From assembly GCA_964057225.1 (NCBI GenBank), contig OZ059898.1, positions 13,206,001 through 13,270,000 of the forward strand: 64,000 nucleotides of DNA. The letters run 5' to 3'. Made by a program: the position numbers and the translations under genes. The notes beneath the pieces are model-generated. The model saw only the letters and a program-made list of their open reading frames with translations, ran no database searches and was not told the origin of the DNA. Shown in pieces: positions 38,240-49,500 of the stretch (position 1 is its first letter; each line of letters opens with the position of its first letter). Origin of the DNA: Auanema rhodensis. Taxonomy: Eukaryota > Animalia > Nematoda.

Positions 38240-40398
38240 ATGACAGTCTCATATAACTTAGATGTATCTCAATCCAGCTCATTTGCGTTTGTACGTCTTC
38301 TATTTCGATGGAAAGGATCTGTATGGAAATCTGTGTATAAAGAGCTTATAGTCTGGATAATTATGTATTATATAGTTTTTTTTATATATCGTTATGCATT
38401 GAATAGTGATCAACAAGAGTAAGTTGCTATTCAAGTTTTATGTCTTTAAACTTCATTTAAACCATGTTTCCAGCGTTTTTGGAAGAATTGCTCAAGGGAG
38501 TGACAAAGAGCTTAGTTATATTCCTTTAACTTTCTTACTTGGATTCTTTGTAAATATTGTAATTCATCGATGGAGACAAATCTTTAATAACATTGGATTT
38601 ATTGAAAAGTTGGTTTAAGTTTTATTTTTTTCAAAAAAATAATGTTTCATCATGCTCAGTAATGCTCTTACAATTGCTTCTGTGATACGCGGAACTGATG
38701 AAGAATCTGTTTTAATCCGGAGAAGCTTGATACGTTATCTAGTTCTAGCACAGGTACTTGATCATGTTTTTGCTTCTTGTAATCAGTGCTATACCTATTC
38801 AAGATTCTTGTGTTTCGGAATATCTCAATGAAAGTACGCCGTCGATTTCCTACGACTGAATCCATAATACGACAAGGTAATAGGAATCATTGATATTAAT
38901 TATGAATCGAATGATGAGTCCAAAAGTCAATGTTAAGGTTTTATGACTGTAGATGAACGCAACCTTCTGATATCCGTGGAATCCCCTTATAACAAGTATT
39001 GGGTACCAATACAATGGGCATTAAGCACAGTGTATGAGAAAGTTGAAAAAGATAAAATAGCTGCAGCTTATCATAATACTCTTGTTACTGTAAGTATTTC
39101 ATATTCTTCTTTCGTTCATGCTTTACTTCATCAACTATACAGCTGGCATGAAGTTGATACACATATATCACAATCTTCTCATAATAATCATGAAGTATCA
39201 TTACAGGAATTTAAAATTCTTCGAACAAATCTATCGATGCTAGCCAATTTTGATTGGGTTCCTATTCCATTGGCCTACCCCCAGGTAATACATTGAAATG
39301 TTTATTTGAGAAAGCAAGCTCATACATACATGTACTGATCAAGTGATCTGACTTGATTTGATTTCATTCACTTCATATCAGTTATCTTTCCAAATTATCA
39401 ATGAGAACTTCTGAAGAATAATTATCAAATTATAATATAAATCTATAAATAGAAAACAAATATGATTATAGGTTGTATTTCTTGCTGTTCGTGTCCATTT
39501 TCTTGTTTGTGTTGTATCTCGACAATACATCTTACCAAAGCCTGGTCAACCAATTGTTGGAGTACGTAATGATTAACTATCAATTGATTTTTTCTTCTAA
39601 AAACATTCCGTTTGAACAAAAATATTCTTAAAACTTAAAACATTGCAGTATGATCTGTATGTACCTGTTATGACAATTGTTCAATTTGTATTTTTGATGG
39701 GTTGGATGAAGGTGACGATTTGGAAATTCATCAAACATCACCGTATATTTCTGTTTCAGATTGCTGAAGCTCTTCTAAATCCATTAGGTGAAGACGACGA
39801 TGATTTTGAATGTAACTTCCTTATTGACAAAAATTTAATTGTAAATTATATAAACAATACGTAATGGTTCAGAAATATTATTTTCTTTTCAGACTGGACT
39901 GACCATCGTTGATGCAGCGTATGGTGCAAAACCAACTTTATCTAAAGATAGATTTATGGATCCCAGCTTTTTCAAACCAAAAACAGGAAATTTGGTCAAA
40001 GGATCGACTGCTGCAGTAGTGTAAATGCTTTATCAGCTTAATATGTTCGAAAGATCATTTTTCAACTGTTCACGTGTATTTTTACGTGAATCATCATCAT
40101 AATCTCAAAACCATTTCAACGCATATTCGCATGTTGAGCGGTTGCATCTTTATCTTTATTTTAAAAATAAAATAATTTCAATGTTAACAATTTCATATTC
40201 GAATTGTTACAAAAAAAAAGAAAAAAAATGTTTAATTTCTCTCTCTTGACAGTTATATTTACTTTTTTTTCCAGTTTGAGAGATTCTGAGGGAAATGAAG
40301 GGTCATGTGAAGACCTCGACATCGACTTTCTTCAAGGAGTTCCGGCAAAATCAAAGAGAGAACGTTTACGTGAACGACTTGGTACTATCTTTAGGTGA
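38240..40398 (+). CDS. Bestrophin-family chloride channel (11 exons, intact)
   Basis: Contains MTVSY...[22 protein letters not shown]...[10 protein letters not shown] (RFP motif), [13 protein letters not shown] and [17 protein letters not shown] (Ca2+ clasp). All introns are GT-AG; the last exon is 40275-40398. Confidence 0.95.
40069..40144 (+). repeat. Dispersed bipartite element in the last bestrophin intron
   Basis: TTCACGTGTATTTTTACGTGAA...GCGGTTG. Confidence 0.7.
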
Positions 40399-40807
40399 AA
40401 AGAGAAAGAACAAAGAATACAAATCATATTTTCTTGTTATAGCATAAGCAGTAATGAGCAGGAGTTTACAAGAAATGGTTCATATAATCGCGGATATTTC
40501 GCTCAGATGTCTCAGATCTCACGATATTAGAAGTTAAAGCAGATTGAATTCTTTTTGAATCAAAAAGAATAATTAGAAAACTATAAATAAGATATTTGTA
40601 TATATTTTGAATAGAAAAAATGATTAAAACTATAATATTATAATTATAATAATAATACAAATACTATTTAAATTTTTTTTTTTGTTTTTATTATTGTTTT
40701 GTATATATTTGTTTATTTTTTTTTTATTTTATTTTGTAAATTATGTCTTCAATGAAGAAAAATACATAGAATTATCAGAAAAAGGTTTTTAATATTCATC
40801 GAACAAT
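40105..40807 (+). repeat. 0.7 kb direct repeat, copy 1 (end of last intron, last exon and 3' flank of bestrophin)
   Basis: Matches 45350-46053; the only difference noticed is one A in a homopolymer run. Confidence 0.95.
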
Positions 40808-41361
40808 ATCAAAACCATTTCAACGCAAATAATAGATAAAAAGCCGTTCATTGGTGAAATGGATGGTCGAAATGGTCGAGAAAAGTGCGCTTCCGATCAG
40901 AGTTGTTTATGTTAGTTATGCTAGTTATCTGATCTAATGTGCAAACTAATGTTGCAAACATGCTCTTTCATGCTATGTTCGGTGATATGTTTTATTATAT
41001 TTTCAAATCAAATCAATTAAATAAATAAAAAACAAATAAAAATATTCAAAAAACACAATTACATACATACATTCATTAATTATTTTATTTTTCTTCTTCT
41101 TTTTTTCTAATAAATTTATTTTTATTTCTTTTTTTGTTAACAAAAAAAATGAGCATGCAACATTTGGTTTCAAAAAGATATATTATTTTTATTTTATTTT
41201 TAAGTAACTGTGTGCAATCCGGCAAAAGGGGCGGGGCTTACGGCTTGGGGGGGTTAATTACGGAACTGCACTTGAGCCAATTTCGTTAACAAAAAAAATA
41301 AATGAGCATGCAACAAGAAGAACTTATAAAACAAAGATGAAAGAAAAAAAAAAGAAATTAT

Positions 41362-42620
41362 TCAATAAATTGCTGTAACTTTTCTCATTGGTATGCTACT
41401 TAGAGATATTTTTGATAATGCATATTCACGATCACATAATTGGCGTTTGAAACACCGACGATATTCAGTACTACGCCAATAATAAACATAGAAATTACAT
41501 GAATACCCTAGCAAACCTATACATAAGAAAAAACATTTTTCATAATATTTAGGCAAATTTTACCTGGTATCACAGCCAGAAATGTAGCTTCTACTGCAGC
41601 TTCAGCATTAATCATTCCCACTACGAGTATGATAGATGACGATAAAACGGTAGAAAAAAAGAAAATTAGCTGCAAAATAACTAATAAGGATAATTAGTAA
41701 AATATTTTTAATTCTATTGTGATGAAAATATCTGAAAAACTTACAACTTGAGCCATTAAAGTACTTAATATATTTTTATGTTTTATATGTTGTTGGTTAT
41801 CTCCTTTAAATGGATCTGAAAAAACCACGTTTTTCTGGAATTTAATTGAGTAAAACTTACTAAATAAATATAATTTTACATAAGTTATAATATATAAAAC
41901 GAGAGTTACAACTCCAGAACATAAATTAAAATAATTCGACCAATTTGATACTTTAGGAGGCAAAGATGTAGGAAGAACACATATTGGAACAATCTCTTTA
42001 TCCATTTGAAAATATCCACATATCTTTAAATATAAATAAATAAATAAAATATTTTATTTTATTTTTATAAACTATACAGGAAATATTAAAGCAAATATTG
42101 CACCAGGAGCTATTATTACCATTATATATGTTTTTGTTGACCAAGTGCGATGCCTGAAAGCTAGCAAGTGTTATCAGATGAAATGACTTGATCAACTTTA
42201 CCGAGTTGGAATAGTTATAGCCAATATTCGATCAAATCCTACTAATAATCTACATGAAACTCCAAAATGTTCAATATAGATATAGATGATGTTGAACCAA
42301 AAACATGAGATACGCTTTGTCTCATATAATGAAAAAACTAAACGTATAAACGATTGAAATTCCCCCCAAAGTGATAAAAGATCTGTGAAGGCTAAGAAAG
42401 CCAATAGAATTGCTGAAATATATAACTAAATAAAGAAAAAACTTTATTATTTCCTGTTTTTTGTTTCAAAATCATGAAATGAAACAAACTATTTACCACA
42501 TTTGTGATGCAGTTCCTTATACCTATATGTTGCAATAATTATATTTAAATTACCAAATGTACCAAGAACATTGAAAAGAGCCAAGCTTACTTTAACTATT
42601 GTAACTGAAGTATCAGACAT
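41362..42620 (-). CDS. Serpentine chemoreceptor GPCR, srsx-like (7 exons, intact)
   Basis: Contains GTFGNLNIIIATYR, LAFLAFTDLL, CFWF...GFDRILAI, PICVLPTSLP and YSCNFYVYYWRSTEYRRCF; the spliced frame is open. Confidence 0.85.
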
Positions 42621-42863
42621 CTGAATCATAATCATGTTAATTCAAATGAAAAAATGTTCAAAAAAGCGAGGGAATCGAAAATCACAACTGAATAATGACA
42701 TATATGTATATATATATATATATACATAATTCTAATTGTAGTCAACAGTCTATATAAATAAATAAGAAAAGGAACAAGATTTCTAACTTCCAAGAAATTT
42801 TGAATTTTTGAAAACAAATTGTTCCTTTTGCAGACAAAGAGAGAGAGAGAAAGAAAGAGTGAA

Positions 42864-42896
<33 letters not shown>

Positions 42897-43751
42897 AAAG
42901 AATAACTACTAAGTTCGTATGAAATCAAATTTGTTGTCATTATCATCACTTTTTCTTTCGAATATTTTTTTAGTTTCGTAGTTATATCGAAAAAGAAGCA
43001 CAATTTTATAATTTTTTTTTGCTGCTGATCAAGTAGATGCATTATATTTTAAACATTTACACGTATGTTTTGAACAAATTAGGATATGCTCACAGGAATG
43101 CAGATTTGAATGTTATACAAGTGCCAAGTAGGCGATATGTTCTGTTTTCTTAACAGATCTGAAAAAAAAATATTTTTCAAAGAATTATAAGTATATAGTT
43201 ATACAGTAACAATCAAAAAACCCACAACATTCTTATTTGATAGTTTTTTTTATAATTTCAACTATATAACATCACTTGCTTCTTTTAGAAATGTAGGAGT
43301 TTTGAAAAATAAAAATAAAACATTCACAATTTTTTTTCAGATCTCTCTTAACCTACTTGAACTTAACATCTCAAGAAACTAGAATTTTAGACGTTCATAA
43401 CGCTTTTGCAAACCTATTTATAACAAATTAAAAAATTCTATTTGTTTCAAATTTAGCGAATTGATTCAGTTCATTTTACTATTCATGGATTTCAGACATA
43501 CAGCAAATTGCAGAAACAATATCTCTCTTTAAATTTTTAAATGTTAAAACATGATTTATTCTTTAATTAAAATCAACCCATTTAAAGTAAATTATAAAAT
43601 CAGATCTTTGCACCCTGAAGTTTCTTCTACAAATGATTTACTCAAGCTTGTGGCGATAATAATGAATTGCAGAGAAAAAGCTCTAAAAAAGTTTGTAATA
43701 ACTAAAAACATATTTATACGCTGTGTATAAAACTTACAGTGCTCTTCAAAT

Positions 43752-44626
43752 TTAGAAAAAAATATTTGCACACGGAACGATATGGTTGTATGAAGGTTCG
43801 GCAAGTTCTGTCCAAGCTTCAGCTACATCGTCCGCCAAAGACATATGTCTTGAATGCACGGTATTAGGAGGAATGTGCCCCGATACAACAATTCCAATCA
43901 ACGCAAAGCCGTTAAATACTCCGGCTCCGCTGCAACCGCGAGTAGTTCCTGAAGTGAAAATATATATAACATAACTGATATACTTAATATAACCTGGAGA
44001 ACCGAGAACATATTCGAGAGAAGCAAAATGTCGATTGTTTCTAATATGACCAAAGAATGAGCTTAAGAAAGTAGTCGCCTGATGATTATAACTATGATAG
44101 CCCTAAAAATTGAATCGTTAGCATGTTTTGAGCACAGCAAAATCATTAGCTTTGTTGATGTATGCCAATTGAACAAGTAAAGGCTTATTATCCTGATTAA
44201 ATATTTCAAATTAAAATCCTTCCGGAACTCCATCTGGTAAACAGTGAGCAGCTGTCATTGCATATTCTTTTTTAGCGACAGTAACACAAGAGCGAATTGT
44301 GTTCACATTTTCAAAAGATCCACACTCTGTTTTCATCAAAATCGAGTAATAAATAAATTTCTTCAACTTCAAAATATATTCCGTCTTGCTGTCGTTCAAG
44401 TCTAAAAAACATAACTCAATAAAAATAAATTAGATTTTAATTTTTTAGAAATTAATTTTTAGTTTTTAAAATAAAATATTTGTAAATATGTTTACAAAAA
44501 TTCAATTTCAAATAACATATTGAGGACTAAAATTTTATAAAAATTGTACCTTTAACGTTCACAGGCTGTTCATTTTGTTCCACTTTTAAGCAATAAAAAC
44601 TCACAAAAACATGAGATACTCGTCAT
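43752..44626 (-). pseudogene. Trypsin-like (Trypsin_2/DegP-type) serine protease pseudogene
   Basis: Catalytic-triad motifs appear in order: MTAAHCL, DFAVLK and GTTRGCSGAGVF...LIGIV. There is an in-frame TAA at 44211-44213 (EGF*FEIFNQ) and the splice donor after DFAVLKTC is missing. A frameshift in a T-run near 43760 is probable. Confidence 0.8.
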
Positions 44627-44676
44627 TTTTAAGTTTAAATTCATATGAAGAGTTGTGTTTAAATTCATGAATAAAA

Positions 44677-45114
44677 AGTTTTTTTGTTGTGGACTTATGA
44701 TTTGATTTATTGTATTCGCATGAAATTAAAAAAAAAACTTTTACCATTTTGAAATTTATCTTTTTTTTTTGATGTTTGAAAACTTTCGTTAATTATGGAT
44801 TTTTGCAGATCAAAGCTATTGCTATCAACATGGACTCGGTATGTTTTGTTGATATTTTATCTTACTAGTTAATAATCTTATTTTCAGTTTGTTGTTGTTC
44901 GAGGAAATGGACGTACTGTCAAAGTTACAGCGGAAAATGATGGAACAGTTAGCGAGAACACTCTTCGCAGTGCTTTTCAACTTGAAAAAATCCATAATTA
45001 ACGAAAGTTTTCAAACATTAAAAAAAAAAAGATAAATTTCAAAATGGTAAAAGTTTTTTTTTTAATTTCATGCGAATACAATAAATCAAATCATAAGTCC
45101 ACAACAAAAAAACT
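44677..45114. repeat. Fold-back: ~128-bp near-identical inverted arms (44677-44804 / 44986-45114)
   Basis: The arms are reverse complements apart from about one substitution and a homopolymer difference; the spacer is 181 bp. Confidence 0.95.
44830..45001 (+). pseudogene. Truncated 5' gene fragment (2 exons), possibly TDP-43-N-terminal-like domain
   Basis: TTTTGCAG acceptor, then ATG GAC TCG, a 49-nt GT-AG intron, then FVVVRGNGRTVKVTAENDGTVSENTLRSAFQLE, which runs into the inverted arm and stops. Confidence 0.65.
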
Positions 45115-45349
45115 ACAAATTGACACTTGCTACACATCATAACATCTTCTCGACCATTTCGACTATCCATTTCGACCACATTTTTCTCTCTAGCGCATTT
45201 CGTTCTTTTGGTCATTTTTGAAAATGAGACATTTTCGAAGAATTGAGACACAAAATCAATGATAATAAGTCTTAAAATGGCTTGTAAACAACGAAACTGC
45301 CAATCGGCGAAAAGGTGCTCTAGAACGGCTTTTTATCTATTATTATATT

Positions 45350-46053
45350 TCAAAACCATTTCAACGCATATTCGCATGTTGAGCGGTTGCATCTTTATCT
45401 TTATTTTAAAAATAAAATAATTTCAATGTTAACAATTTCATATTCGAATTGTTACAAAAAAAAAGAAAAAAAAATGTTTAATTTCTCTCTCTTGACAGTT
45501 ATATTTACTTTTTTTTCCAGTTTGAGAGATTCTGAGGGAAATGAAGGGTCATGTGAAGACCTCGACATCGACTTTCTTCAAGGAGTTCCGGCAAAATCAA
45601 AGAGAGAACGTTTACGTGAACGACTTGGTACTATCTTTAGGTGAAAAGAGAAAGAACAAAGAATACAAATCATATTTTCTTGTTATAGCATAAGCAGTAA
45701 TGAGCAGGAGTTTACAAGAAATGGTTCATATAATCGCGGATATTTCGCTCAGATGTCTCAGATCTCACGATATTAGAAGTTAAAGCAGATTGAATTCTTT
45801 TTGAATCAAAAAGAATAATTAGAAAACTATAAATAAGATATTTGTATATATTTTGAATAGAAAAAATGATTAAAACTATAATATTATAATTATAATAATA
45901 ATACAAATACTATTTAAATTTTTTTTTTTGTTTTTATTATTGTTTTGTATATATTTGTTTATTTTTTTTTTATTTTATTTTGTAAATTATGTCTTCAATG
46001 AAGAAAAATACATAGAATTATCAGAAAAAGGTTTTTAATATTCATCGAACAAT
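45350..46053 (+). repeat. 0.7 kb direct repeat, copy 2, with an identical copy of the bestrophin terminal exon (45521-45644)
   Basis: The same acceptor and [40 protein letters not shown] appear twice in the ORF track. Confidence 0.95.
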
Positions 46054-46560
46054 CAGCTATATCAAAGACACAAAAATGTTTGTTTCGCTCATCTAAATCA
46101 TCTAGCTCATATATAAATTTTGGCATTATAACAAACAAAGATGAGAGGGGACACAAGTTCAAGTTTTAAGAAAAAGGTTGGAAAAAGAAAAAACTTATTT
46201 AAATCAAAGTATTATGTGGGGAGTATGATATACGATGATTTGAAATCGCTCTATTATGCAATGATGTTATAATGCTTTTTTCTTTTTTCTCTTCTTTCTT
46301 TTGATAGTTTTATATCATATAGTCAAAAAATGAATGGCACATTGTACAAAGGGATGAAGTTGGGAAGGCACTCAGTGACCAGGATGACCAATTGCATAGT
46401 TTGAAGCAGAGAAATGTGGTTGAAGTACTGAAAGCACATTCACCATACAGAATTGGGGGGCAGACAGAAAGATGGAAGAGGATGGGAGGTGGAGGAGGAA
46501 GAGGAGGGACATGGACCGTATAAACTACTTGTTTTCGTGTACATCAGAAGAGCATGAGAT

Positions 46561-49500
46561 TTACTTCTCCTGAACAGCACGGGTGCGAGAACGAATGCGG
46601 ACGAGGCACTGCTCAGCAGAATCAGCACGTTCTTCAGCGGTTTCCAATTGGAGTTGGACGGTACGGTATTTTCCGAGATGGTGGTTAGCTTGCTCCTCCT
46701 GTAATACAGTAAATTATAATTCAAGCTTTTTTAATGGGAAACTTACAGCATCCTCAAGCTGCTTCTTTTGGATCTTCAGCTTAGCAGACAACTTTTCGAC
46801 TAATTCTTGAAGCTTGTCATAGTTCTTCTTATCTTCGGCAACCTAAAAGCAAAAATGTACATTTGTTTTTCTTATCATCTTCTAACCTGGAATTCGAGTT
46901 CTCTAACGCGTCGGTCAGCGCGAGCCAAGTTCTTGGATGACTCGCCTGAACGTCGAGTTTCGCTTTCGAGGTCCGTCTGAAGGGACTTCAGACGTTGCTC
47001 GGCCTTCTGGACGGCCTTGGCTCCTCCCTTCATGACGGAAGCCTCAGCGGCATCAGCACGGTCTTGGAGATCCTGGAAATGAGTTGACATTAAAGTTCGT
47101 TATTAGATTTTCCAATTTTCATCGTGTATTTATCCCCGATATACTGATAAAAGATCGAAAAAACGAGGTAAGATGAAGGAATAAGTATTTCCTGGTTGTT
47201 ATTAGAATGAGATGAGATGAAAGCTGGCCTTATGACGTCAAAAACGAAAAAGATTTGAAATCTTCAAAGTGGCAGGTGATCATTCAGATACTCGATAGTG
47301 CGTGGTATTCGAGAGCTCATTGTCATCTATTTGCTTAACGCCTATCCGGCATCAGACATAGTGAATTCAGAAGAGAACGACGCAACCGGAGATAAACGAA
47401 TAGAGATTCATCGTAAGTTTCGAATATTATTCGGCAGATTTAAGAAGACAAAAGATAAAGAGAGAAAGACAGAGAAGAAAATGAGAAGAGAGAAGACTTA
47501 AGAGCATACTATGTGTGTGTATGTGTCTGTAAGTGGGATTCGCTCAGCTGAATGTGGCTTTGTGAAGTCGAGAAAAAAAGAAACAGATAGAGAAGTTGCC
47601 GGGAATCAGTAAACAGTGTATGCGATTCCTAGAAGCGTCCGGTTTCTTCTTGATAATCTTAGATCGTGAAAGAATTTTTTCCACACTCAAGAGCTTTTTG
47701 AAAATAATAGTTTCGTACAAGAGTTAAAATAATAATTAATTTGAAATTCAAATGAGAAGAGCTTAATGTATCCCTGATCAAGCAAAACCAAATTTCTCTT
47801 ACCTTGACCTGGCTTTCCAGTTGCTTCTTGTATCTTTCGATTTGGAGACTGTGGTCTTGCTCATGTCTCAGATCCTCAGCCAACTTAGCGGCATCAGTCA
47901 TGGCACGACGTCCACGATCTTCAGAAGCAGCAAGTTCGGTCTGAGCCTCAGCAATGTCGCTCTGAAAATTGCTTTTGTAAAAAGATGAAAATGATCAAAT
48001 TCCCGTACCTTGAGGAGAGAGATTTCGTTGTCAAGTTGGTTCTTGGCAGTAGCGTAGGCAACGTTCTGGCTGTTCAATTCATTGTTTTGCTCTTGGTGTT
48101 CCTTGACGGATTGCTCAACAACACGACGAGAACGTTCGATCTGAAATGAATTTAATGTTTTGAAAGTTTGTTGAAGTTTAAGCATGAAGAAGAATGTATT
48201 TGAAACTTACGGCTTCAAGCTTGACAATAAGCTCTTCTTGCTCTTGCTTGGCAACAGCAAGCTTACGCTCGGAGCAGAGGAGGTGCTCTCTGAATTCCTC
48301 ACGTCTCTTTTGCTCCTCGTCGATGGTTTGTTGAAGCTCACGGGTTTGGTCCATGTATCTGCGGATGTTTTTCTGAGCATCCTCGTTAGCCTTATTGGCA
48401 TGATCGAGAGCGATCTCAAGCTCGTTGATGTCGGCCTCCAACTTCTTCTTGACACGGAATAAGTCAGCCTTAGCCTTGCTCTCAGATTCGAGGGTAGCCT
48501 GAATGAAATTTTGCACTACATGAAAGAAGATTTCAACCTTACCTGAATGGAGTCGATAGTCTGTTGGTGAACTTTGCGAGAATTCTCGAATTCTTCTTCC
48601 TTCTCGGCAATACGCTTCTCGATCTCGGCACGGATTTGTTGGACTTCAATGGAGCAACGGAGAGATTTGCTTTCTTCAGCTTCAAGGGCGGCTTCAGCTT
48701 CATCAAGACCTCTTTGGAGCTCTTCCTTCTCCATTTCGAGACGGCGAAGAGTTTTTTGGAGGGAGTGGGTAGCACGTCCTCCTTCTCCAAGTTGTTCAGA
48801 GAGATCTCTGACTTCATCTCCAAGAGCCTTATTCTCTCTCTTAAGACCTTCAACCTGATCAGCAAGAGCATCATGTTGTCCACGAAGCTTGTGAGCTTCT
48901 CCGGCGAGTTGACGGGCATCACGTTGAGATCCGTCGAGCTCGAGGTATAAGTCATCGACACGCTTCTTCCATTCGTCAATAACCTTATCGAAGGCCTTCT
49001 GCTTCTTCTCCAAGGAGCCAACAGCTTGAGCATGGTGTTCAGCTTCAAGACGGTTAGCATCAGCCTCGGCAGTAAGTCTGTAAGATGGTAAGGTACATCG
49101 TAAAAAAATCAAATGTCAGGTTGCTTACCTGCTTCTGGCGTTCTCCAAGGCGACGATCTTGGCGTTGCAAGCATCGAGTTGGTCTTGAATTTCGCTGGTC
49201 TTGGCGTGTTGACGTTTCTTAACCTCATCGAATTCATCGGCTCCGATCAAGCCCTCCTCTTCGAACTTAGCTCTCCATTGCTCCAACTCAACCTGAGCCT
49301 TTTGAAGCTGGCGAGAGCATTCGGATTTTCCGGCGATCTGAAATTCAATATTATTCTCATAGGATTAATTGAATTTGTTACCTCGTCTTCAATAGACTCA
49401 CGGAGCTGTTCGAGCTCACGGGTAAGGGTCTTGGAGAGGTTGCTAAGATTTTGGCGCTCACGGCTTTCATCATCAGCAAGACGCTTAGCTTGATCAAGCT

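Larger units (their letters stand above)
40828..45344. mobile_element. Non-autonomous TIR-bounded, cargo-carrying insertion (~4.5 kb)
   Basis: Perfect 22-bp inverted termini AATAATAGATAAAAAGCCGTTC (40828-40849 and 45323-45344). Inverted subterminal TCGAAATGG repeats lie at ~40852-40883 and 45147-45178. Both ends are flanked by the same 19-mer TCAAAACCATTTCAACGCA. No transposase is present. Confidence 0.7.
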
